Assembly: GCA_033763315.1 (NCBI GenBank)
Contig: JANRKS010000034.1
Location: forward strand, 96,001-160,000
Direction of reading: 5' to 3'
DNA length: 64,000 nt
Origin: Deltaproteobacteria bacterium
Lineage (GTDB): Bacteria > Myxococcota_A > Polyangia > Fen-1088
A program made the translations under genes and the position numbers. Below the pieces are notes generated by a model, which was not told the DNA's origin, searched no databases, and worked only from the letters and a program-made list of their open reading frames with translations. Shown here in pieces: positions 1-9,282 of the stretch. The first letter of the stretch is position 1, and every line of letters begins with the position of its first letter.

Positions 1-876
1 CAAAGGCGCGGCGCCGGCGCGATCGATGATGTCGTTGATTTCGGCGCGCTTACTCGAAAGCACAGCCAATTCGGGGGCGCCGCCCGCCGACACAAGCGCG
101 TCTCGGTAAAGGCGTGCCAGCAAGTCGAGTGTTGCGACCAGAGGCTCGCGTCCTTCCTTGCCCGCAAACATGTTGGCCGTGTCCATGATGTTACCCACAG
201 TGCGTCCCGCGGCCGCTTGGCGCAAGCGAGTGACGGAGACCCATGTGGCTTCGTCTTCTTCGCCATCGGCCAAAGCCACAGCCCTGCTGAACGACCCATT
301 GGCCAAGGCCGCCGCCACCGCCGCGCGATCCTCGGGCACGCCGCGCTTTTGCAGTTGCTCTGCCAATAAAGCTGTGGGCAAGGGCGAAAATCGAATGCGT
401 TGGGTGCGGGACAAGATCGTGTCCAGCAAGCGTGCCCCCGCCGAGCTCACGAGCACCAGATGGCTGCCGGGCGCCGGCTCTTCAAGCGTTTTGAGCAAGC
501 AATTGGCCGCGTTGGCGTTCAGTTTATCGGCCTCGTCGATGATTAAAAGGCGTGCGGGCGCCTCGTGGGGGCGCTCAGAGGCCAGGGCCACCACTTCGTC
601 GGCCTCTTCCTTCTTGATGTCGCGCCCCTGGGGGGCGAACACCCGCAGGTCGGGGTGGAGCCCCGCTTCGGCACGCGTGCAGGTCTCGCAGGTGCCACAA
701 CCAACGCCCGGCATCGTGCGGCACAGCAACGCCAACCCCAAGGCCTTAGCGGCCGTCAGTTTGCCCACGCCATCGGGGCCTTCGAACAGATAGGCGTGCG
801 GCACCCGCTTTTGCTCCAAGGCGCGACGCAAACGCGACACCGCCGCGTTTTGTCCGAACACTTCTGCCAGCCGCAT
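1..876 (-). CDS. holB: DNA polymerase III delta' subunit (3' end runs off window)
   Basis: Manual translation from ATG 876: MRLAEVFGQNAAVSRLRRALEQKRVPHAYLFEGPDGVGK..CGTCETC..GLHPDL; later ANCLLKTLEEP and LDTILSRTQRIRF. Not in the ORF track because it has no stop inside the window. Confidence 0.93.
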   Translation of the reverse strand, partial: MRLAEVFGQNAAVSRLRRALEQKRVPHAYLFEGPDGVGKLTAAKALGLALLCRTMPGVGCGTCETCTRAEAGLHPDLRVFAPQGRDIKKEEADEVVALASERPHEAPARLLIIDEADKLNANAANCLLKTLEEPAPGSHLVLVSSAGARLLDTILSRTQRIRFSPLPTALLAEQLQKRGVPEDRAAVAAALANGSFSRAVALADGEEDEATWVSVTRLRQAAAGRTVGNIMDTANMFAGKEGREPLVATLDLLARLYRDALVSAGGAPELAVLSSKRAEINDIIDRAGAAPL

Positions 877-990
877 GCGGCGGTGACGCTACCAGAAGGA
901 GCCCGTGAACGTCGAGGGTCAGTCGCGCTGCCCCGTTCGATCCCTGTGATTCGGGGCGCTGGTGCTATTCTGCGCAAGGGAGACTTGCAA

Positions 991-1647
991 ATGAGCGTAC
1001 TCAAGCGGCTGGCAACCTTGGTGAAGTCGAACCTCAATGATTTGGTGGACGGGATGCAGGATCCGGCCAAGGAGTTCGACCAATTGGTGCTGGATATGGA
1101 AGATTCGGCGCGGGCAGCCCGCCAAGAGGTGGCTGCGTGTCTAGCCGCTGAAAAGCGCCTGGCCAAGCAGGTGGAGTCTGTGGCGGCGGAGGCTCAGTCC
1201 TGGGAAGCCAAGGCAGGCACCGCGGTGAAAGCCGGCGACGATGGACTGGCGCGCGAAGCCCTGGCCCGCAAGGCCGATAAAGAACGCGAAAAGGCAGAGC
1301 TTGAAAAGTCCCTTCAAGAGCAGAAGGTGCAGGTGGATCAGCTCACCGTGGGGCTCAAGGCACTGGAGACGCGGGTCAAAGAAGTGAAGCTGCGCCAGGG
1401 CACGTTGCGCGAAAAAGCGCGCGCCGCGAAGGGGCGGGGATCAGTGTCAAGCGAGGGGGGCGCCTTTGGTGAGTTTGACCGGATGTCGGGCAAGATCGAC
1501 GAGCTTGAGATTGCCAGCAACCTTGATGAAGAGCTCACGGGCCGTACGGCCGAATCACGCGCGGCCGAACGCAAACTGGGCGACATGAGCGAAAACGAGA
1601 AACTGGACGACGCTCTCGCGGCGCTGAAAAAGAAGCTTAACGGCTAG
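991..1647 (+). CDS. pspA: PspA/IM30 family protein
   Basis: MSVLKRLATLVKSNLNDLVDGMQDPAKEFDQLVLDME.., coiled coil, DDGLAREAL, C-term LDDALAALKKKL; GGGGAG SD before ATG 991. Confidence 0.92.
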   Translation: MSVLKRLATLVKSNLNDLVDGMQDPAKEFDQLVLDMEDSARAARQEVAACLAAEKRLAKQVESVAAEAQSWEAKAGTAVKAGDDGLAREALARKADKEREKAELEKSLQEQKVQVDQLTVGLKALETRVKEVKLRQGTLREKARAAKGRGSVSSEGGAFGEFDRMSGKIDELEIASNLDEELTGRTAESRAAERKLGDMSENEKLDDALAALKKKLNG

Positions 1648-1651
1648 TGCA

Positions 1652-2392
1652 TTAAGCTCCGGAGCGCGCCGCCAATTTGCGGGCGGCGAGCAACAGCAAC
1701 ACGGCCAGTGTGGCCACCACGAATCCGGCGGTGGCCATGCCAAGCACCAACGGCAGCCGCGACGCGGCCGCCACGCGCAATGGCCCCACGGGCACCAACG
1801 TGTGTGAGGACTTGCGTTCTTCGGCCATTTCCGTACGCACCACAGCCACGGCTGCCGGGGTGAGGCCTGCAACGCTGCCTGCCACGAGGCTGGCCACCTG
1901 GGCGTCGGTGAGCGCTTTGGCACCGGCCTCCACTTTGAGCAGCACCGCCGCGCGCGCGGGTACGTGCGGCTCGTCCAGTCGTGCCATAGCGTCACGCTCC
2001 TCAGGAACCACGTGCACGCGCGCCGAAACGATGCCGTCCGCCGACATCAGCGTGTGCTCGATTTCACCTGTGAGGGCGCGAAGGAAGCGGGCACGTTCTT
2101 CAAGCGGGGTTGGTATCAGGCTGGGCTCTCCGTACGCTTGCCCGAACCCTGCTTGGACGCCCCTCGGCAAGCCTCGCGCGTTGAGCATGGCGATCGCTGA
2201 GGGCGCCTCGCTTTGAGCCACCGCCACTGAAAACCGCGGTGGATCCCCGCCATCGTTTACTTTTCGTGCGGACACCCCCGCGCGCTCAAGCGCCGACATC
2301 ACTTCATTGGCAGCGTTCTCATCCAAGCCTTGTTGGACAGAAACGTTACACGCCACCGAGAACAGCGCCGCGACCAAACAAAGCCGATGCAT
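1652..2392 (-). CDS. sctJ: SctJ/YscJ/HrcJ-family type III secretion inner-membrane ring lipoprotein
   Basis: Lipobox SVAC, GLDENAANEVMSAL, SLIPTPLEERARF, EIEHTL..DGIVSARVHVV, LVAGSVAGL, C-terminal TM. Confidence 0.87.
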   Translation of the reverse strand: MHRLCLVAALFSVACNVSVQQGLDENAANEVMSALERAGVSARKVNDGGDPPRFSVAVAQSEAPSAIAMLNARGLPRGVQAGFGQAYGEPSLIPTPLEERARFLRALTGEIEHTLMSADGIVSARVHVVPEERDAMARLDEPHVPARAAVLLKVEAGAKALTDAQVASLVAGSVAGLTPAAVAVVRTEMAEERKSSHTLVPVGPLRVAAASRLPLVLGMATAGFVVATLAVLLLLAARKLAARSGA

Positions 2393-2453
2393 GCCCGCTT
2401 ATTATCTGAAATCGGCGTTTTGAACCAGCCCTCGCGCTGCGTCCCTCGCCAAT

Positions 2454-3131
2454 TTAACGCTCCCGCGCCAGTGACTTTTTCAGCAAATCCACCGCGCGGG
2501 CGTGCAAGCGGCTGGCCCAAGACTTCGACAAACCCAAGCTGTTGCCCGCTTCCTCAAGCGTCTTGCCTTGAAAATAATAGAGCGTCATGAGCTCCTTTTC
2601 CTTTTCAGGCAGGGCGGCCACTGCCGCACGAACGCGCGCGTCTGATTGGTGATCGCCTAAGGCTTCTTCTGCGTTCGGCCGGCTTTCATCGGTTACGCTG
2701 GAGGCGGCATCGATCGATACGATGTGCACAGACGCCACGGCATCCAACACGTGCGCGATGCCAGCCATCAACTCGGCGCTGCTCTCGGCATCGAGGCTGG
2801 ATTCGGGCGTTCGTTCCGATTCGGCCTGTAAATAGGCATTGGCGCGCTCTTCGGCGCGGTACCGGGCGTAGTCGGCGCGTGAGTACCAGCCCATCGTTCG
2901 CACGCCGTCCATCATGGCGCCTTTGATGCGGTAGTAAGCGAAGGTGGAGAACGAGGCACCGTGGCGCGGGTCAAAACGCTCCGCGGCTTCGAGCAGGCCC
3001 TGCATGCCATACGACTGCAGATCGTCCTGTTCCAACCCCTTGGCAATGCCCTTGTGAAGTTGCACGGCGAGGCCGTTGACCAGGTTCATGTGCTCCTCGA
3101 TGAGCCTTTGTCTCTCCGCGCCCGTTGCCAT
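2454..3131 (-). CDS. FliA/WhiG (sigma28-type) RNA polymerase sigma factor
   Basis: Region 2 DDLQSYGMQGLLEAAERFDP..FSTFAYYRIKGAMMD; region 4 LPEKEKELMTLYY..TLEEAG..LGLSKSWASRLH; start placed at ATG 3131. Confidence 0.9.
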   Translation of the reverse strand: MATGAERQRLIEEHMNLVNGLAVQLHKGIAKGLEQDDLQSYGMQGLLEAAERFDPRHGASFSTFAYYRIKGAMMDGVRTMGWYSRADYARYRAEERANAYLQAESERTPESSLDAESSAELMAGIAHVLDAVASVHIVSIDAASSVTDESRPNAEEALGDHQSDARVRAAVAALPEKEKELMTLYYFQGKTLEEAGNSLGLSKSWASRLHARAVDLLKKSLARER

Positions 3132-3200
3132 CGCTGTCCGTTTTTGGACTACATCAACCCCGCTCGCGCTCGTCAAGGTGTATAAACGCGCGCCACGATC

Positions 3201-4172
3201 ATGGGAAGCTTTCGTACACTTTCGGCACAGGACGTCATTGCAGTGCTTTCCGCCTTTGGCGTGAACGGATATGAAGGCCACGATCCGGTAGCGGCGGGCA
3301 CAATCAACACGAACTTGCGTGTGCGGACGAAAGCGGGGCCGTTGTTTCTTCGCGTTAACGAGGGCAAGGCCGAGGACGATGTGGCTAAAGAGGGCGCCAT
3401 CGTCGCGCACGTCGCGGCCAAAGGGGTGCCTACGCCGCTGCCCTTGGCGGGGGCCGACGGGCGCCGCTACACGGCACTGGGCGACGCCTGGGCATCGGTG
3501 TTTCCCTGGGTGCCGGGCCGCACCCTCAAACGCGACGACGTGGGGGCCAAACAAGCACACGCGGCCGGCAAGGCCCTGGCAACGCTGCATAAGGCCGGCG
3601 CCGATTTTGCCGACCACCGCGCCGGCCGTTACGAACCCGACGAGATTGCCCGCCGTCTGGTGGCCATCAAGGCCTCAAAAGACACCTCGCTCTCTAAAGC
3701 GACCACCATTTTGGACGCCGAGCTCGCGCGATTGGAGCGAGAGCGCCTCGCCAATCTACCGCTGGGGCTGATTCACGGCGACTTGTTCATCGACAACGTC
3801 TTGTTCGACGAAGACGGAAACCTTACGGCGCTGCTCGATTTCGAGCAGGCGTCGTGGGGGCGGTTGGCCTACGACATGGCGGTGACGGTGCTCGCGTTTG
3901 GTTTTGGCTTCGAAGATTTTCGGCCCGACGTGACGCGCGCCCTTTTGGACGGTTATTGCACCGAGCGCCCGCCTACCGCCGCCGAACGTGATGGGTTCGG
4001 GGCTGAACTGGCGTTCGCGGCTTGCCGCTTTGCCATCACGCGCATCACAGACGTGCATATGCGACGCGGACAGGGCGCGCCCGCGGGCAAAGATTTCAAC
4101 CGTTATCTGTCGCGCCTCGCCGCCGTCAAACGCGTCTGGGAACCCACGGGCAGCGTTCTGTCCCTCTCGTAA
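3201..4172 (+). CDS. thrB: Homoserine kinase type II (APH/choline kinase fold)
   Basis: GTINTN, LP.GLIHGDLFIDNVLF, LLDFEQ, AACRFAITRITD, KDFNRY. Confidence 0.85.
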   Translation: MGSFRTLSAQDVIAVLSAFGVNGYEGHDPVAAGTINTNLRVRTKAGPLFLRVNEGKAEDDVAKEGAIVAHVAAKGVPTPLPLAGADGRRYTALGDAWASVFPWVPGRTLKRDDVGAKQAHAAGKALATLHKAGADFADHRAGRYEPDEIARRLVAIKASKDTSLSKATTILDAELARLERERLANLPLGLIHGDLFIDNVLFDEDGNLTALLDFEQASWGRLAYDMAVTVLAFGFGFEDFRPDVTRALLDGYCTERPPTAAERDGFGAELAFAACRFAITRITDVHMRRGQGAPAGKDFNRYLSRLAAVKRVWEPTGSVLSLS

Positions 4173-4178
4173 CGCGCG

Positions 4179-4508
4179 TCACTCGCGCGGCAGGTTCAAG
4201 TACTTCCGCAGCGTCTCTTTGCGTTCGCTGTCGAGTTCCACAAAACGAATGCCCATGTCCATGGGCTCTTCTTTGTTCGCCCACACAACTTCGCCCCGTG
4301 CGGTGATGGATGTGTCTAGCTCGCGGAAATTGATCACCAAATCCACGATCGTGCCCACATCTTCAACCGCGTCGGTTTGAATGCACAGGCCACCCAATGA
4401 AAGATTTTGAATGTGGTGGTTGAGGAGGATTTCCGTGCCGGTGTAATCAACACTGGCTTCGACCTCGAACCGGGGAAAAGCGCGCGGGCTTTCTTGTGGG
4501 TGTGACAT
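4179..4508 (-). CDS. Single-domain PilZ protein (myxobacterial TIGR02266-like)
   Basis: RAFPR (RxxxR), NLSLGG (D/NxSxxG), GEVVW, MGIRF. Confidence 0.88.
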   Translation of the reverse strand: MSHPQESPRAFPRFEVEASVDYTGTEILLNHHIQNLSLGGLCIQTDAVEDVGTIVDLVINFRELDTSITARGEVVWANKEEPMDMGIRFVELDSERKETLRKYLNLPRE

Positions 4509-4692
4509 GCGACAAGGGACAGAATCGCGCGCTTGCAGATTCTTTTCAATCAGCACGTGCAAGTCGCCTTTGGTGGCAGCGTTCAGGCGATGTCGGCAAT
4601 GAGCGCACAGCACGTTTGAAAACAAGCGCTTGCAGCGATCAAAGTGCGGGCGCAATTGGCGAAGGGTGGGGAAGCCGCGTTACAATCTTTCT

Positions 4693-6219
4693 ATGGCACA
4701 ACCAAGCCCGGGCGGCGGACTTGAGGAGATCACAGAGGTCTCCCGCGCCGCCGTGAAATCCCCGGCGCTCAAGGGCGTGCCACGCTTGATTTTGCTCACG
4801 GGTCCCCAAGCGGGGCGCAAATTTCCAGTGGGCGCCGAAATGACGTTGGGGCGCGGCACGCAAGCCACGCTATTTCTCGATGACAAGCGCTTGTCGCGTG
4901 TGCACGTTCGCCTGTTCCAGTTGCCCACGGGGGCCTACGCGGTCGAAGATCTGCAAAGCCTCAACGGAACGTTCGTCAACGGCAGGCGCATCACCAGCCA
5001 AACTTTGTCTTATGGCGACAAGATCCAGATCGGATCTATCTCGCTGCTGTTCACGCACGACAACCCGCACGACGAACAGTTGGCGCAAGTTCAGAAGATG
5101 GAGCTGTTGGGCCGCATTGGTGCGGGAATCGCGCACGACTTCAACAACCTGCTGGGCGTGGCTGTCGCCAGCATGGATTATCTGGTCACGCTGCCACCTG
5201 ATCGCCACGTGGGCGACGCTGACGTGCGCGAGTGCCACGACGACATTCGCGCGGCTTTGAAGCGGGCCGCGGATCTAACGATGCGCCTTCTTGGTGTGGC
5301 CCGCCGTGGCGGGTACATGATGGGGCGCTTGAACGTTGGCAATTTGGCCAAGGAAGTGGCCGAGCTGGTTCGCCGTGTGACAGCTCAGAGTGTGCGCATC
5401 GATTGTGAGGTCATTCCCGACGCGCAGGTCATTGGTGACCAAGGCCAGATCCACCAAGCGCTGATGAATTTGTGTATCAACGCCCGCGACGCCATGCCAA
5501 GCGGTGGCGATCTGCGCATCACCGTGACGCGTGAATCGCCCCCCGCGAGTGCCGGCGTCGCTTTGGGGGATTTCGTTGTTATCTCCGTGTCTGATACGGG
5601 CGTGGGCATGGACGAGGAAACCCGGCGCCAAGCGTTCGAATCGTTCTTCACCACCAAAGAAGGCGACAAAGGCACGGGCCTAGGCTTGGCCACGGTGCTT
5701 GAGACCGTGAAGGTTCATGGTGGGCACATCGATCTGTCCAGCCAATTGGGCCGCGGCACCACCATGCGTTTGTATTTTCCGTCGGCACCGCGGCTTGAAC
5801 GCAGCCGCATCGGCGCGGAAACCCTGACGGATGTACCCACACGTTCCACAACGCGAGGCAAGGGCGTGGCGCGCATCTTGTTGGTCGATGACGATCCGGG
5901 CGTCAGACGCAGCTTGTCGCGCTTGTTGGCGATGCAGGGGCACGAGGTTGAGCAGGCGGCCAACGGGCAGATTGCACTCGATGTGTATCGTTCGGTGCGT
6001 CCGGACGTGGTCTTGATGGATCTGGATATGCCGGTGCTTGGGGGGCGGCAGGCTTACGATGGTTTATGCGCGCTTGATCCCAACGTGAAAGTGATCTTCA
6101 TGTCGGGCCACGGTGTGGCCGGTTCCGTGGGCGGGCCACCCTCGGGTTGCACCTTCTTGCAAAAGCCTTGTGGCGCCGACGACATTCGCGTGGCCATCGA
6201 AGGCGCATTAGCCGGCTAG
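4693..6219 (+). CDS. FHA-domain hybrid histidine kinase (FHA-HisKA-HATPase-REC)
   Basis: FHA GR..LSRVH..SLNGTFVN; H-box GIAHDFNNLL; N box NLCINARDAM; DTGVGM, FFTTK, GTGLGL; REC LLVDDD..MDLDMP..KP. Confidence 0.92.
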   Translation: MAQPSPGGGLEEITEVSRAAVKSPALKGVPRLILLTGPQAGRKFPVGAEMTLGRGTQATLFLDDKRLSRVHVRLFQLPTGAYAVEDLQSLNGTFVNGRRITSQTLSYGDKIQIGSISLLFTHDNPHDEQLAQVQKMELLGRIGAGIAHDFNNLLGVAVASMDYLVTLPPDRHVGDADVRECHDDIRAALKRAADLTMRLLGVARRGGYMMGRLNVGNLAKEVAELVRRVTAQSVRIDCEVIPDAQVIGDQGQIHQALMNLCINARDAMPSGGDLRITVTRESPPASAGVALGDFVVISVSDTGVGMDEETRRQAFESFFTTKEGDKGTGLGLATVLETVKVHGGHIDLSSQLGRGTTMRLYFPSAPRLERSRIGAETLTDVPTRSTTRGKGVARILLVDDDPGVRRSLSRLLAMQGHEVEQAANGQIALDVYRSVRPDVVLMDLDMPVLGGRQAYDGLCALDPNVKVIFMSGHGVAGSVGGPPSGCTFLQKPCGADDIRVAIEGALAG

Positions 6220-9200
6220 CTGTGAACAGAACGCTTGTGCTTGCGTGTGACGGCCGCATAAAAAGCGGGCACCACAAACAGGCTTAGCGGCGTGGACAAC
6301 ACCATGCCGCCGATGATGGCGACGGCCATTGGTAAGCGTGTCTCCGAACCGGGGCCCAGCGCCAAAGCGGCCGGCACAGCGGCCATGATGGTGGCGACGC
6401 TGGTCATCAAGATTGGCCGCAAGCGCACGGGCGCGGCTTTTTGCATTGCTTCGGCTGGCCCCACGGGACTTTCGGGCGGCGCCTCGTCTCGCACTTGATT
6501 GGCGTAGTCCACCAAGATGATCGAATTCTTTTTCACGATGCCCATCAACAACAGCAAACCGATCATGCTGAACAAGTTGATGGTGATGCCGCCCAAAAAC
6601 AGCGCGACCACGGCGCCCGCCATCGACAGCGGCAAAATCGTTAGCACCGTCACCGGGTGCAACAGGCTATTGAACTGAGAGGCCAAGATCATGAAGGCCA
6701 CCACGACCCCCAAGAGCAGAGCGAACACCAACCCTCCCATCGAGTCCTGGAACGTTTGCGTCTGGCCGCCCGCGACCAAGCGATAGTTGGCCGGCAGTTG
6801 CGCTGCAAGCTTTGTGACTTCGACCAGCGCGTCGCTTTGGGACCAACCTGGCGCGACGTTGCCAAACACGCTGATCGCGCGTTCACGATCTTTGCGTGTG
6901 ATGCCTTGCAACGCTGGCCGCTCCTTCAGTTTCACCAACGACGATAGTGGAATCAGCTCTCCGCTGCTTGTGCGTACTTTCAATCGATTGATGTCTTCGG
7001 GCCGTGATCGTTGGTCCGCCAGCAAACGGAGCCGAAGATCGATGCGACGGCCACGCGAAGTGTATTTGCCCGCACGAACGCCACCCACCAGGGTGTTGAT
7101 TGCGGCTGCCACATCTTCCATCGAAACGCCCACGTCGGCGGCCCGTGCGCGATCTGGCTCAATGCGCAGCTCCGGCATCCCAAGGCGGTAATCCGTATCC
7201 ACGTCCACCACCTTCCCCGAAGCCACAAGGCCATCGGCAAGCGCACGGCTTTGTTCCGTCAACACATCCCAATCGGGGCCGCGCAGCGAAAATTCCACGG
7301 GAAAACCGCGGCTGGCTGAGAAGCCCCGTTGCGACATATCCTGAACAACGGCTTTCAGTCCTGGGTAACTGTTGAACTGGTTGCGTAGCAAAGCGGAGAA
7401 TTCGGCGGCACCCATTCGTTGGTCTGGCGGCTTCAAGGTGACGAACATCATGCCGCTGTTCACGGCACCGTCGCGGAAACTGCCAACCACCAAGAACAGC
7501 CGCGTGATCTCTGGTCGAGACAACAAAAACTGTTCGGCTTGGGAAATCACCCGATCAGTCTCTTTGAGGTCTGCACCAACAGCGGTTTGCAAACGCACCA
7601 TAATCCGGCCTTGATCTTGTGAAGGCACGAATTCACGCTTGATGCCGCCAAACAGGAAGTAGGCCCCAGCCAAAACGGCGACGCTGGCTCCCAAAACGAG
7701 ACCCCGGTGGCGCAGGGCGTGGCCGAGGCTTTTGCTGTAGCCGCGCGTGACGAGTTCAAAGGCACTTTCGGCGAAGCGGCCGAGCCCAAAGCGCTCGTGC
7801 GTCTGCGGTTTCGCCAACAAACGCGCGGCACGAGCCGGAGCCAAGGTGATGGCTTCAAGATACGACAGCACCACGGCGATGCAGAACGTGATGCCGAACT
7901 CCAAGAAGAAGCGCCCAACCACGCCCTTCATAAACACCACCGGTATGAAGATCGCCACGACGGCCATTGTGGCCGCGAAGGCAGCAAACTTGATCTCATT
8001 CGTGCCGTCGATGGCCGCGCGCACGGCATCTTTGCCCATCGACCGGTGCCGGTGAATGTTCTCCAAGATCATGATGGCGTCGTCCACCACGATGCCCACC
8101 GCCAGCGCCAACGCCAACAGCGTGAAGGTGTTGAGGGTGAACCCCAAGAAATAGATGACGGCGATGGTTCCCATCAGCGACATCGGGATGGCCAGCACAA
8201 CGTTCAACGTCGCCGAAAATGAGCCCAAAAACAGCCAACACACCAAAGCTGTTAAGAGGATGGAAAGCCCCACCTCAAACTGAAGCTCTTTGACTGACTC
8301 TTCAACGAAGGTGGTGGCGTCAAAGTTGATGCCAAGCTCCATGCCCTTGGGCAGCGTGGGACGCAATTCATCCAAGGCGGCGCGGACCGCCTTGGCCACG
8401 GCTACGGCGTTCGAGCCACGTTGTTTCTTGATGCCGATGCCCTGCGCAGGCTGCCCATTGACGCGGCTTAAACGCCGCACATCTTCGAATCCATCTTCGA
8501 CCAGCGCCACATCTGCCAAGTGAATGGGCACGCCGTTGACTTCTTTGACCACCATGTTGCGTAACGTGGCCAGATCCAAGGCCTCGCCCAACACCCGCAC
8601 GGTGATTTCACGCCCCTCGGCCTCGATGCGTCCGGCGGGCAGCTCCACGTGTTGCCGCTGCAACGAAGACAACACATCTTGTACGGTGAGGCCGCGGCCT
8701 TCCAAACGTTCGGCGTCGACCCACACCCGCACGTTCCGATCCGGAAATCCGCCGACGTTCAACTCGCCCACGCCGGGAATGGTTTGCAGCTTTTCCTTGA
8801 CGGTGTATCGGCTGGTGTCGGCCAACATCTGCGGCGAAAACGGACCCGACAAACCCACCCACATAATGGGCTGATCTTCAGGATTCGTTTTCGATACCAC
8901 CGCGGGATCCATCTCGCGTGGCAAGCGACGCGACACTTGCGCGATGCGGGCCTGCACGTCCTGCATCGCCATGTCGACGTTGCGTGACAGATCAAGTTCA
9001 ATGCTTAGGTTCGCGCTGCCCAACCGCGATTCAGACGAGATGGCGCGAATGCCTTCGACCTGGGACAAAGCCTCTTCCACAAGCTCGACGATGTCGCTTT
9101 CCACCGCCTCAGGCGCGGCCCCCTCCCACGTTAGGCTTACGCTGATCACGGGATGGTCCACGTCCGGGTATTCGCTGATGCCAATGCGGCTCAACGACAC

Positions 9201-9278
9201 GGCGCCAAACACGACGGTGGCGGCCATGATCATCCACGCCAGCACCGGCCGGCGAACGCAGATCTCCGTTAACGACAT
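6216..9278 (-). CDS. RND efflux transporter permease (AcrB/MdtC family)
   Basis: ~1020 aa, RRPV N-term, GIVVDDAI, GIVKKNSIILVD, RLRPILMT. Confidence 0.95.
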   Translation of the reverse strand: MSLTEICVRRPVLAWMIMAATVVFGAVSLSRIGISEYPDVDHPVISVSLTWEGAAPEAVESDIVELVEEALSQVEGIRAISSESRLGSANLSIELDLSRNVDMAMQDVQARIAQVSRRLPREMDPAVVSKTNPEDQPIMWVGLSGPFSPQMLADTSRYTVKEKLQTIPGVGELNVGGFPDRNVRVWVDAERLEGRGLTVQDVLSSLQRQHVELPAGRIEAEGREITVRVLGEALDLATLRNMVVKEVNGVPIHLADVALVEDGFEDVRRLSRVNGQPAQGIGIKKQRGSNAVAVAKAVRAALDELRPTLPKGMELGINFDATTFVEESVKELQFEVGLSILLTALVCWLFLGSFSATLNVVLAIPMSLMGTIAVIYFLGFTLNTFTLLALALAVGIVVDDAIMILENIHRHRSMGKDAVRAAIDGTNEIKFAAFAATMAVVAIFIPVVFMKGVVGRFFLEFGITFCIAVVLSYLEAITLAPARAARLLAKPQTHERFGLGRFAESAFELVTRGYSKSLGHALRHRGLVLGASVAVLAGAYFLFGGIKREFVPSQDQGRIMVRLQTAVGADLKETDRVISQAEQFLLSRPEITRLFLVVGSFRDGAVNSGMMFVTLKPPDQRMGAAEFSALLRNQFNSYPGLKAVVQDMSQRGFSASRGFPVEFSLRGPDWDVLTEQSRALADGLVASGKVVDVDTDYRLGMPELRIEPDRARAADVGVSMEDVAAAINTLVGGVRAGKYTSRGRRIDLRLRLLADQRSRPEDINRLKVRTSSGELIPLSSLVKLKERPALQGITRKDRERAISVFGNVAPGWSQSDALVEVTKLAAQLPANYRLVAGGQTQTFQDSMGGLVFALLLGVVVAFMILASQFNSLLHPVTVLTILPLSMAGAVVALFLGGITINLFSMIGLLLLMGIVKKNSIILVDYANQVRDEAPPESPVGPAEAMQKAAPVRLRPILMTSVATIMAAVPAALALGPGSETRLPMAVAIIGGMVLSTPLSLFVVPAFYAAVTRKHKRSVHS

Positions 9279-9282
9279 GACC

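Noticed and set aside
158-793. 211-aa plus-strand ORF
   Set aside because: Antisense shadow of holB, which the ORF track missed because it runs off the window.
565-990. N-terminal extension of the PspA ORF
   Set aside because: Overlaps holB on the opposite strand; PspA homology and the SD begin at ATG 991.
3132-3617. N-terminal 160 aa of the sigma-factor ORF
   Set aside because: Antisense to thrB; sigma homology starts at MATGAE (3131).
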